Positions 45,359 through 53,745 of a stretch of DNA of 64,000 nt are shown in pieces (within the stretch, counting starts at the first letter, position 1; every line of letters begins with the position of its first letter). A model generated the notes under the pieces. That model saw only the letters and a list, made by a program, of their open reading frames with translations. It was not told the origin of the DNA and made no database searches. The position numbers and the translations under genes were made by a program. This DNA is from Thermoanaerobaculia bacterium (GTDB lineage: Bacteria > Acidobacteriota > Thermoanaerobaculia > UBA5066): positions 869,516 through 933,515 of the forward strand of contig JASNYI010000003.1 of the NCBI GenBank assembly GCA_048500275.1. Reading direction: 5' to 3'.

Positions 45359-45894
45359 CCGACGCGCCGAAACCGAAGCGCCTCCGCCCGGAGGTGGCCT
45401 TTCTCCTGAAGTTCGCCTTCTTCCTCGTCCTCTTTTTCGCGGCGACCGCCCCGAAGCCGATGAACGACGCCTTCGTCGAGCCTTTCACGACCGGCGTGGC
45501 GAAGGTCGGGGGCTTCACCGCCGGCCTTTTCGGAGAGGACACGACGATGATCGGGACGGCGATCGTCTCCCCCCGCTTCGCCGTGAACGTGAGGACCGGG
45601 TGCAACGGCCTCGAGACGATCTACATCTTCTTCGCCGGGGTCCTCGCCTTCCCGGCCCCCTGGAGCCGGAAGCTCTGGGGGCTCGTCCTCGGCTTCCTGG
45701 CCATCCAGCTCCTCAACAACGTTCGGATCGTCAGCCTTTTCTACATCGGGGTCTACTTCCCGCAGCACTTCGAGGACTCGCACATCGTCATCTGGCAGGC
45801 GATCGTCATCCTCTTCGGGGTGGCCCTCTTCCTCCTCTGGGCCGACCGCTATGCACGACCGTCTCGACCCGCGGCTGAAGAAGCTCCTCGTTAG
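45340..45894 (+). CDS. Short exosortase/archaeosortase-family protein (XrtF-like size, about 185 aa).
   Basis: ORF 45313..45894. Polytopic membrane protein with ordered Cys/Arg/His motifs: VRTGCNGLETIYIFFAG (Cys), LNNVRIVSLFYIG (N-x-x-R), and SHIVIWQAIVILFG (His). The start is uncertain (ATG 45340 or GTG about 45394). Confidence 0.5.
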   Translation: MNDAAAPDAPKPKRLRPEVAFLLKFAFFLVLFFAATAPKPMNDAFVEPFTTGVAKVGGFTAGLFGEDTTMIGTAIVSPRFAVNVRTGCNGLETIYIFFAGVLAFPAPWSRKLWGLVLGFLAIQLLNNVRIVSLFYIGVYFPQHFEDSHIVIWQAIVILFGVALFLLWADRYARPSRPAAEEAPR

Positions 45895-46474
45895 GCTGCC
45901 GCTGGCGGCGCTCCTGGCGATCCTCCTCTGGTTCGTGGTCGTCGACCAGGTCTGGGGAGGCCTCGTGACGCGGGCGGCCGAGTCGTGGATCCGCTTCGCG
46001 GAGCGGACCAAGGTCACGCGCCTCACGTTCGACGACGGCCTCGTCGTCGTCGAACGCGCCGACTTCTCCACCCGGTCGGACATCCCTGCCTTCTCGGCGG
46101 CGCCGATCACCGCGAACCTGGTCCTCCTGATCGCGCTCGTCCTCGCGACGCCGCGCGAGCTGCGCGGCCAGGCCTTTCTCGTCCGCGTCGCCCTGGCCTT
46201 CGCCGCCCTCCTCCTGACCCAGGTCCTCCACCTCTCCTTCACGGTCCAGACGCTCTACGCCACGAAGCTCGGGGCGTGGAGCGTCGTCTCGTGGCCCCGC
46301 TGGCAGAGGGAGGTCGTGGCGACCGGCCGCTACTTCTTCGACATCATCGGGAAGTTCGCCGTCCCGTTCGTCTTCTGGGCGCTCACGCTCAGGCTCGGGG
46401 AGGAAGCGGAGGAGGGGCCGGGAAAGACCGACGCCGCCTCGGTGAAGAGGCGGCGCCGGAAGAAGAAGGGCTGA
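45851..46474 (+). CDS. Hypothetical polytopic membrane protein immediately following and overlapping the exosortase-like gene; candidate exosortase-associated partner.
   Basis: Track ORF of 207 aa. Basic N-terminus followed by 4-5 TM helices, and a Lys/Arg-rich C-terminal tail. It overlaps the upstream gene by 44 nt, so the start is uncertain. Confidence 0.45.
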   Translation: MHDRLDPRLKKLLVRLPLAALLAILLWFVVVDQVWGGLVTRAAESWIRFAERTKVTRLTFDDGLVVVERADFSTRSDIPAFSAAPITANLVLLIALVLATPRELRGQAFLVRVALAFAALLLTQVLHLSFTVQTLYATKLGAWSVVSWPRWQREVVATGRYFFDIIGKFAVPFVFWALTLRLGEEAEEGPGKTDAASVKRRRRKKKG

Positions 46475-46521
46475 CGGGAGCTCTGCCCTAGTCCTGCCTC
46501 GCTCGCCGGGGGGCTGCCTCG

Positions 46522-46551
46522 CCGGGGGGCTGAGCTTCGCGCGCCCCCCGG
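46522..46551. terminator. GC-rich hairpin (9-bp stem CCGGGGGGC / GCCCCCCGG, 12-nt loop) between convergent genes, flanked by direct repeats.
   Basis: Seen in the 105-bp convergent intergenic region. There is no U-tract. Confidence 0.25.
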
Positions 46552-46579
46552 ACCCCAATCACGAATCGAAAGGCCTGCC

Positions 46580-48505
46580 CTAATCCTGCCGTTTCAGGTA
46601 CCGGAAGTCCTTGATGTCGTACTCCTTCATCTTCGCGATGAGGGAGCCGCGCGAGATGTTCAGGAGGCGCGCGCCGAGAGACTGGTTGCCGCGCACCTTG
46701 CGCATGACCCGCTCGATGACCTGCCGCTCCACCTTCTCGACGATCTCCTTGAGGTCGTCGCTCTCGGCGAGCGTCAGCTCGACGTGCTCGTCGCCGAACT
46801 TCGCGTCGAGGTCGGCGAGGCGGACCGGCCCGTTCCCCAGCTGGGCGGCGAGCCGGCGGACCTCGTTCTCCAGCTCGCGGACGTTCCCCGCGTAGTTGAA
46901 GTCGAGGAGGGCGTTCATCGCCTCCACGTCGAAGCTCGCGGCCTGCGGGCCGCCGTGCCGGGCCGCGAAGGCGTCGAGGAGGGCCGGGACGTCCTCCTTG
47001 CGGTCGCGCAGCGTCGGGAGCCGCAGGGTGAGCGCCGACAGGCGGTAGTAGAGGTCGTCGCGGAAGGTCCCCTCCTCGACGGCCCGCGTGAGGGGGCGCG
47101 AGGAGGTTCCGATGACGCGCACGTCGAGCGGGACCGATCGGCCGCCCGGGGCGATGACCTCGCGCGCCTCGAGGAGGCGGTAGAGGAGCGCCTGGGTCGG
47201 CGCCGGCAGGTCGCTCACCTCCTCGATCAGGAGGGTCCCCCCGTCGGCCTCGAAGAGCCGGCCGGGGCGGCGGCGGCGGTCGGCCGGACCGGGGCTCCCG
47301 AGGAGGTCTTCCTCGAGGGCCGCCGCCGTGGAGGCGGTCGCCGCGATCCGCACGAGCGGGCGCGGGCGGCGCGGCGAGAGGGCGTGGAGCGTCTCGGCGG
47401 CGAGCGTCTTGCCGGTGCCGACGTCGCCGATGATGAGGACGGGCGCGCGGGCCGAGGCGATCCTCTGGAGCGAGACCCGCAGGTTCTGCATCGTGAGCGA
47501 AGAGCCGACGACGGCGGTGGCGGGGTCCTCGAGCGGGGCCGTGATGACCGCGGCCGGGGCGTGCGCGGAGGCCCGCTCTCCGAAGGGTGCGTCGGCCCGC
47601 TCGGCGTGGACGAAGCCGACGGCGGCCGAAAGGGCGACGGCGAGGTCGTTCAGGAGGGGGTCGGCGGCCAGCTCCATCGGCAGGACGAAGAGGCCGACCG
47701 CTTCGGCACCGGGTCTCGCGACCGGGTAGACCCTCAGGCGCATCCCTGCCTCGAAGACGTCGGTCGGCCCCCCCGCCGCGAAGACCTCGTCCACCGACCG
47801 GCGCGTCAGGCGCGGCAGGGTCCCCTTCCAGATCGCCGCGATCGCCTCGCCCGCCGACGACTCGGCCACGGAGAGGAACGCGGCGCTGTGGACGGGGGTC
47901 GACGACGACAGGTACGACGCCACTTCCTGGAGCCTCTCTTCGAGGGACGCCGAGGCGCGCAGGCGGCCGTAGATCTCTCCCCAGACGTCGGCGAGCCGGA
48001 ATCCCTGCGCGGCCGAGAGCGACGAGGGCCGACTCTCGACCGGGCGGACGGCGTGCGCCGGCTCGTAGACCCTCGACTTCGGCTCCGGGGCCCGCGGCGC
48101 CGGCGCGGCCGACGGCGCCGCCGGAGACGGCGGCGCGAGGGCGGCCGCAGCCATCGACAGGGCGTCGCGGCCCCGGGGCGGGGGCGCCGAGATCCTGTTC
48201 GGATTCGGTGCGGGTCCGTTGAGGAGAGTGATCGTCGCCTCGCCAATCTGGATCCGGTCGCCCGCCGCGAGTGCAGCGGTCTTCACGATCGAACCGTTCA
48301 GGTACACGTCCGATCCGGGGGCCGTGCCGAGGACGTCGAGCCTCAGCTCTTCGCCGGCAACCGAGATGCGGGCGTGCCGGCCGAGGACACCCCGGGCCCT
48401 GACGACCAGGTCGTTTCCAGACGAAGCGCCGAGGTGGATCACGTCGCGGTGAACCTTCCGGATCTCCGACTCGCCACCCGGCTTGCGGACCTCGAAGCTG
48501 AGCAT
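46580..48505 (-). CDS. FHA-domain plus NtrC-family AAA+ (sigma-54-interaction-like) transcriptional regulator with a C-terminal Fis-type HTH. The GAFTGA motif is not evident.
   Basis: Track ORF of 641 aa. N-terminal FHA domain (…RKVHRDVIHLGASSGNDLVVRARGV…). Walker A IIGDVGTGKTLAA; Walker B/arginine-finger region TLLIEEVSDL…DLYYRLS. C-terminal HTH …GNQSLGARLLNISRGSLIAKMKEY. The segment where GAFTGA is expected reads LLGSPGPADRRRRPGRLFEADGG. Confidence 0.8.
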   Translation of the reverse strand: MLSFEVRKPGGESEIRKVHRDVIHLGASSGNDLVVRARGVLGRHARISVAGEELRLDVLGTAPGSDVYLNGSIVKTAALAAGDRIQIGEATITLLNGPAPNPNRISAPPPRGRDALSMAAAALAPPSPAAPSAAPAPRAPEPKSRVYEPAHAVRPVESRPSSLSAAQGFRLADVWGEIYGRLRASASLEERLQEVASYLSSSTPVHSAAFLSVAESSAGEAIAAIWKGTLPRLTRRSVDEVFAAGGPTDVFEAGMRLRVYPVARPGAEAVGLFVLPMELAADPLLNDLAVALSAAVGFVHAERADAPFGERASAHAPAAVITAPLEDPATAVVGSSLTMQNLRVSLQRIASARAPVLIIGDVGTGKTLAAETLHALSPRRPRPLVRIAATASTAAALEEDLLGSPGPADRRRRPGRLFEADGGTLLIEEVSDLPAPTQALLYRLLEAREVIAPGGRSVPLDVRVIGTSSRPLTRAVEEGTFRDDLYYRLSALTLRLPTLRDRKEDVPALLDAFAARHGGPQAASFDVEAMNALLDFNYAGNVRELENEVRRLAAQLGNGPVRLADLDAKFGDEHVELTLAESDDLKEIVEKVERQVIERVMRKVRGNQSLGARLLNISRGSLIAKMKEYDIKDFRYLKRQD

Positions 48506-48640
48506 GATTGTGGGCCTCCGATTCGCGAGGGAGTGCCTCTCGAACGGGCGTCAGGTTACCACGCCGGGAGGGAGTTGTCCTCGCGGCGTCGACAAATTCT
48601 GTACGGCCCGGAACCTCTAGAATCCCGTCCCGGTGAGCGG

Positions 48641-49609
48641 ATGCCCGGCTTCCTGATCGACGCCATCCCCTTCAGCGCCCCGCGGGACGGCGACCTCGAG
48701 GCGCTCGTCGCGACGCTCGAGGCCGCCCTCGCCCCCGACGCCGTCGAGCTCGTCGTCCGGTGCCCCGAGAGCGGGCGCCGGTGGCGGCGCCGGATCGCCC
48801 GCGGGCGCGATTCGGGGCTTCGGCCCGCCTCGGCGGCCCGCGAGGCCGGGCGTCCCGACGGGCACGTCCTGCTCGTCCCCTTCGGCGCCCCCGGCGATTG
48901 GGAAGGGCGCCTCTACCTCCTGAGGCGGCGCGTGAGGCCCTGGACCGGGGCCGAGACGACCCGCTTCTCGCTCCTCGCCCCTCTCGCCGCCCAGCTCCTG
49001 GCGCGCCTCGCCCAGGCGCCCTCGGACCGCTGCGCGAAGGAACGCCTCCTCGCCCTCGCCGAGGCGACCGAGGAGCCGGCCCTCCTCTTCGACCGCGCCG
49101 GGACCATCCTCTTCGCGAACGAGGCGGCGGACGAGCTGATGTCCCGCCAGGCCGAGGAGGGGCTCACGGTCCTCTCGGGCGACCGCCGTGCCACGCCCCT
49201 CCTGTCTCACCTCATGCACCTCGCCGCGCTCGGGGCCTCCCGGGGAGAGAGGATCGCCCTCACCGACGGGCGCTGCCTCGAGGCCCGCGTCGTCGACGTC
49301 CCCGGCGACGGCACCCCCGTCCGCCCGCCCGTGAGGATCGTCCTCCTGAAGGAGCGCGCCGCCCCGACGATCGACGACGTGAGGCCGCACCTCCTCGCCC
49401 GCGGCGTCTCGGGGCGCGAAGCGGAGGTCGTCTCGGGCGTCCTCCGGGGCCTCAGGAACTCCGAGATCGCCGCCGAGCTCTTCATCAGCGAGTACACCGT
49501 GAAAGACCACCTGAAGCACGCGTTCCGGAAGCTCTCCGTCGCCTCCCGGGGCGAGCTCCTCCGGACTCTCCACGCCGCCCCGGGCCCCTCCCCGGCGCGC
49601 GTGGCCTGA
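48641..49609 (+). CDS. LuxR-family transcriptional regulator.
   Basis: Genuine last 322 codons of artefact ORF 46784..49609. ATG at 48641 follows an in-frame TAG. C-terminal LuxR HTH REAEVVSGVLRGLRNSEIAAELFISEYTVKDHLKHAFRKL. Confidence 0.7.
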   Translation: MPGFLIDAIPFSAPRDGDLEALVATLEAALAPDAVELVVRCPESGRRWRRRIARGRDSGLRPASAAREAGRPDGHVLLVPFGAPGDWEGRLYLLRRRVRPWTGAETTRFSLLAPLAAQLLARLAQAPSDRCAKERLLALAEATEEPALLFDRAGTILFANEAADELMSRQAEEGLTVLSGDRRATPLLSHLMHLAALGASRGERIALTDGRCLEARVVDVPGDGTPVRPPVRIVLLKERAAPTIDDVRPHLLARGVSGREAEVVSGVLRGLRNSEIAAELFISEYTVKDHLKHAFRKLSVASRGELLRTLHAAPGPSPARVA

Positions 49610-49682
49610 GCAGGACGCCGTGACGGCGCCTCCCCGGCACGATCCCCCTCGCTCGTGGTAGGGTCGCCCGCCTGACGACGCC

Positions 49683-52600
49683 ATGTTTCGCCTGAAAAAG
49701 CTCGAGATCCAGGGGTTCAAGTCGTTCGTCGACCGGACCTCCCTCACGCTCCCCTCCCGGCTCACCGCCATCGTCGGCCCGAACGGCTCCGGCAAGTCGA
49801 ACATCTGCGACGCCGTCATGTGGGTCCTGGGCGAGCAGTCGGCGCGTGCCCTGCGCGGCACGACGATGGAAGACGTCATCTTCAACGGCTCGGCCCGGCG
49901 CCGGCCGCTCGGCCTGGCCGAGGTCTCGCTGACCCTCGAGTCCCGCGGAGGCCACTGGGCCGAAACCGGCGGCGAGGTCGTCCTCACCCGCCGCGTCACG
50001 CGCGACGGCACGAGCGACTACATCGTCAACGGGCGGAAGTCGCGCCTCAAGGACATCCAGGACCTCCTCCTCGGGACCGGCCTCGGCGTCCGCGCCTACG
50101 CCATCATCGAGCAGCAGAAGATCGACCTCATCCTCTCGGCCAAGCCGCAGGACCGGCGGCGCCTCATCGAGGAGGCCGCGGGGATCTCCAAGTACAAGCT
50201 CCGCAAGCAGCAGGCCGAGGTGAAGCTCGAGGAGACCCGCGCGAACCTCCTCCGGCTCACCGACATCGTCTCGGAGATCGACCGCGCCTGCACGTCGCTC
50301 AGGCGGCAGGCCTCGCGCGCCGCACGCTGGAAGGAGCAGGCCGACGTCCTCTCGGGGCTCAAGAAGAGGCTCCTCCGCCTGAAGTCCGAGCGGCTCGTCG
50401 CCGCGACGACCGCCGCCGAGGCCGCGCTGAAGGCGACGACCGACGCCGAGGGGAACGCCCTCGCCGAGGCCGGGCGCCTCGACGCGGCGTTCGAGGAGGC
50501 TCGCCACGCCTACGAGGAGGCCGAGCGGCTCCGTCGCGAGAAGGCCGACGCCTTCGCCGTCGCCCGCGAGGCGCTCCTGTCGGCCGAGGCCGCCGTGGCC
50601 GCCGCCGCCCGCGAGGCCGAGGAGACCGAGGCCCGCCGCGAGCTGGTCGCCTCCCAGCGGACGGAGGCCGAGGAAGACCACGTCTCCTCCGTCGAGGAGT
50701 CGACGAAGGCCGAAGAGCTCCTCGCCGAGGCCGTCGAGGAGCTGGGCGTGGCCGAGGCGAGAGCGCGGGAGACCGGCGAGGCGCTCGCCGCCGCCACCCG
50801 CGACGAGGCCGACGCCGCCACCCGCCGCGAGGCCTCCCGGCGCGACCTCCTCGCCGCCGCCGCCCGCGCGAGCGAGGCGGCGAACCGCGAGCGCGAGGCC
50901 GCTCTCCTCGTCGACCGCCTCGGCTTCGCGCTGACGAAGGTCGAGGAGAGGAAGGGGCGCGCCGAGCTCTCCCTCTCCGAACGGCGCGCCGCGATGGAGG
51001 CCGCCCGCGACCTCGAGGCCGAGACGAACGAGCGCCTCGCGGAGGCCCGCCGCCGCCTCGAGGAGGCCGGCGTCTCGCGCAGGACGGCCGAGGCGCGCCT
51101 CGCCGAGCTGAAGGACGAGCGCGAGCGGGCGACGCGCGAGTTCCACGCCCTCGACAAGCGCCTCGGCGCCCTCGAGACCCTCCTCGCCGCGCGCGAGGCC
51201 GGGGGCGAGGCGGCCCGCCGCGCCATCGAGACGAGCGGCGTCGCGGCCGAGGGGGTCCTCGCCGACCACTTCGACGCGGCCGAGGGATTCGAGAACGCCC
51301 TCGACGCCGCCCTCGGCGGCGCCCTCGAGGCCCCCGTCGTGCGGGACCGCGCCGACCTCGAGCGGCTCCTCGACACGGTCCGCGCCTCGCACCTCGGCTC
51401 GGCCCGGTTCGTCCACCCGATTCCCGAGACGCCGTTCCCGCTCAAGCCGGCCGACGCGAGGGTCCTCGGCCTCGCCCGCGACCTCCTCACCGCCCGGCCG
51501 GGCGACGAGCCGCTCTCGGCCGCCCTCCCCGACGCCCTCGTCGTCGGCTCCGTCGAGGACGCCCTCGCCCTGGCGCAGCTCCTCCCGGAGCGGACCTTCG
51601 TCACGAAGGACGGCGTCGTCGTCCGCGGGTCGATCGTCGAGGCGGCCGGGACCGAGGTGCCTGGCGAGGGGCTCTTCACCGTGAGGCGCGACCTGAAGGC
51701 CGTCGCGGCCGAGAAGGAGACCCTCGGCGAGCGCCTCGTCGCGCTCCAGGAGGAGATCTCGGGCACCGGCGCGAGGGCGGGCGAGGCGGCGCAGGCCGTG
51801 GAGCGCGAGATCGCCGCCTCCCGCCGCGCCGAGCGCGACCACTCCGAGGCGCTCGCGCGCCTCTCCTCGGCCCGCGAGGAGACGACCCGCGCCGAGCGCG
51901 AGGTCCTGACGATCCAGGAAGAGGAGAAGCAGCTGCGCTCCGACCTCGCCCGCGTGGGCGAGGAGCGGGCGAAGGCGCTCGAGCTCTCCGCGCAGAAGAC
52001 GGGCGAGATGACCGCGATGGAAGCCGCCATCGCGGGCCTCGAGACCGGCCTCGAGTCGGCCCGCGCCGCCCGCCTCTCGGCCCAGCAGGCCGACGGCGAG
52101 GCGCGCACCGCCCGCGACGTCCTCCGCGAGAGGCGCCGGGCCGCGCAGGAGGCCTACCAGACCCACCGGAGCCGCGCCGACGCCGCCGCCCGGCGGCTCG
52201 CCGAGCTCTCGCAGCAGATGACCGCCCTCGCCGAGAGGAAGGAGCGGGCGCTCTTCTCCGGCGAGGAGGCGCGCGAGCGGCGCGAGGAGGCCGTCGGAGC
52301 CGCCTCGGAGGGCGAGACGGCGCTGAAGGCGGCCGACGCGGCCGCCGAGGAGAGGCGCCTCGCCCTCGAGCAGCTCGACAAGGCGACGCACGCCGCGCGC
52401 GAGGCGCTCGACGGCGCGCGGCGCCTGCGCTTCGAGGCCGAGCTCGTCGTCGAGCGGCGCCGCGGCGACCGCGAGCACCTCTCCGAGACCTGCCGCGCCG
52501 AGTTCGGCGTCCCCCCGGAAGAGCTGCCCCCCGTCGAGCGCGCCGAGGGCGAGCCCGAGCCCGACGACGAGGCCCTCGCGGCGATGCAGGAGGAGGTCGT

Positions 52601-53219
52601 CCAGAAGACGGTCGCCCTCGAGCGCCTCGGCCCCGTCAACCACGCCGCCCTCGAGGAATTCGACGCCGAGAGCAGGCGCCTGCAGGAGATGTCGACGCAG
52701 AAGCTCGACCTCGAGAAGTCGCTCGACCAGATCCTCGAGACGATCCGGACGATCAACCTGACCTCCTCCGAGCGCTTCACGAACGCCTTCGTCGCCATCA
52801 ACGCCGGCTTCGCGCAGGTGTTCCAGCGGCTCTTCGGAGGCGGCACCGCCTCGATGCAGCTCCTCGACGAGAGCGACCCGCTCGACTCGGGGATCGAGAT
52901 CATGGCCCAGCCCCCGGGCAAGCGGAACCAGACGATCGGCCTCCTCTCGGGGGGCGAGAAGGCGCTGACGGCCGTCGCGCTCCTCGTCTCGATCTTCCGC
53001 TACAAGCCCTCCCCCTTCTGCATCCTCGACGAGGTCGACGCCCCGCTCGACGAGGCCAACATCGACCGCTTCACCGCGCTCCTCAACGAGCTCTCCGAGG
53101 AGACCCAGTTCGTCCTCATCACCCACTCCAAGAGGACGATGGAGACGGCCCAGGCGCTCTACGGCGTGACGCAGGAAGAACCGGGGGTCTCGAAGATCGT
53201 GAGCGTGCGGTTCGACTGA
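49683..53219 (+). CDS. smc: Chromosome segregation protein SMC.
   Basis: Track ORF of 1178 aa. N-terminal Walker A FKSFVDRTSLTLPSRLTAIVGPNGSGKSNI. Long coiled coils and a hinge (…GRFVHPIPETPFP…). C-terminal signature LSGGEKALTAVALLVSIF plus Walker B CILDEVDAPLD. Confidence 0.9.
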   Translation: MFRLKKLEIQGFKSFVDRTSLTLPSRLTAIVGPNGSGKSNICDAVMWVLGEQSARALRGTTMEDVIFNGSARRRPLGLAEVSLTLESRGGHWAETGGEVVLTRRVTRDGTSDYIVNGRKSRLKDIQDLLLGTGLGVRAYAIIEQQKIDLILSAKPQDRRRLIEEAAGISKYKLRKQQAEVKLEETRANLLRLTDIVSEIDRACTSLRRQASRAARWKEQADVLSGLKKRLLRLKSERLVAATTAAEAALKATTDAEGNALAEAGRLDAAFEEARHAYEEAERLRREKADAFAVAREALLSAEAAVAAAAREAEETEARRELVASQRTEAEEDHVSSVEESTKAEELLAEAVEELGVAEARARETGEALAAATRDEADAATRREASRRDLLAAAARASEAANREREAALLVDRLGFALTKVEERKGRAELSLSERRAAMEAARDLEAETNERLAEARRRLEEAGVSRRTAEARLAELKDERERATREFHALDKRLGALETLLAAREAGGEAARRAIETSGVAAEGVLADHFDAAEGFENALDAALGGALEAPVVRDRADLERLLDTVRASHLGSARFVHPIPETPFPLKPADARVLGLARDLLTARPGDEPLSAALPDALVVGSVEDALALAQLLPERTFVTKDGVVVRGSIVEAAGTEVPGEGLFTVRRDLKAVAAEKETLGERLVALQEEISGTGARAGEAAQAVEREIAASRRAERDHSEALARLSSAREETTRAEREVLTIQEEEKQLRSDLARVGEERAKALELSAQKTGEMTAMEAAIAGLETGLESARAARLSAQQADGEARTARDVLRERRRAAQEAYQTHRSRADAAARRLAELSQQMTALAERKERALFSGEEARERREEAVGAASEGETALKAADAAAEERRLALEQLDKATHAAREALDGARRLRFEAELVVERRRGDREHLSETCRAEFGVPPEELPPVERAEGEPEPDDEALAAMQEEVVQKTVALERLGPVNHAALEEFDAESRRLQEMSTQKLDLEKSLDQILETIRTINLTSSERFTNAFVAINAGFAQVFQRLFGGGTASMQLLDESDPLDSGIEIMAQPPGKRNQTIGLLSGGEKALTAVALLVSIFRYKPSPFCILDEVDAPLDEANIDRFTALLNELSEETQFVLITHSKRTMETAQALYGVTQEEPGVSKIVSVRFD

Positions 53220-53263
53220 CGGGGTCGTGTCCCGCTCCCGCGGCCGGGAGTAAGCTGGGGGCG

Positions 53264-53707
53264 ATGCCGCCCCGGATCGCGACCGCCTGCGCGCCCCTCC
53301 TCCTGGCCCTCCTCTTCCCCGTCGCGGCGTTCGCCGCAGACGAGGTCGACGTCCGGAAGGGCGGAAGCCACTGGGCGCGGATCGAGAAGGACGGCGACGT
53401 CCGGGTCGACGGGCGGATCGTCGGCCGGATCGAGAAGGACGGCGACGTCCGGGTCGACGGCTCCATCGCCGGGAGTGTCGAGGACGACGGGTCGATCCGC
53501 GACGACGGGAGGATCACGGGGCGCGTGGAGAAGGACGGGTCGCTCCGGTCGGACGGGACGATCATCGGCCGGATCGAGAGCGGCGGCGGGATTCGCCTCG
53601 ACGGCTCCCTCTGGGGGAGTGCGTCCCCGTGCTGCTCCTCGTTCGACGAGAAACGCCGCCTGGCCGCGCTCCTCTACTTCTTCGAGCCGGGTTTCTTCGA
53701 CCGGTAG
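53264..53707 (+). CDS. Small secreted protein built from about 10 tandem 8-residue repeats (x-x-DG-x-h-R-x) with a Cys-containing hydrophobic C-terminus.
   Basis: Genuine last 147 codons of the alternate-frame smc artefact ORF 49820..53707. Signal peptide MPPRIATACAPLLLALLFPVAAFAADE. Repeats EKDGDVRV/DGRIVGRI/EKDGDVRV/DGSIAGSV… The underlying DNA has a perfect 32-bp direct repeat (53381-53412 and 53429-53460). Confidence 0.55.
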   Translation: MPPRIATACAPLLLALLFPVAAFAADEVDVRKGGSHWARIEKDGDVRVDGRIVGRIEKDGDVRVDGSIAGSVEDDGSIRDDGRITGRVEKDGSLRSDGTIIGRIESGGGIRLDGSLWGSASPCCSSFDEKRRLAALLYFFEPGFFDR

Positions 53708-53745
53708 GCCCGCGCCGGCAAGAGCCCGGGCCGCGCCCCCCCGGG

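Noticed and set aside
49820-53707. A 1295-aa plus-strand ORF overlapping smc.
   Set aside because: It is an alternative frame of smc (R/G/P-rich). Only its final 147 codons, after the smc stop, form a plausible secreted repeat protein (called as 53264..53707).
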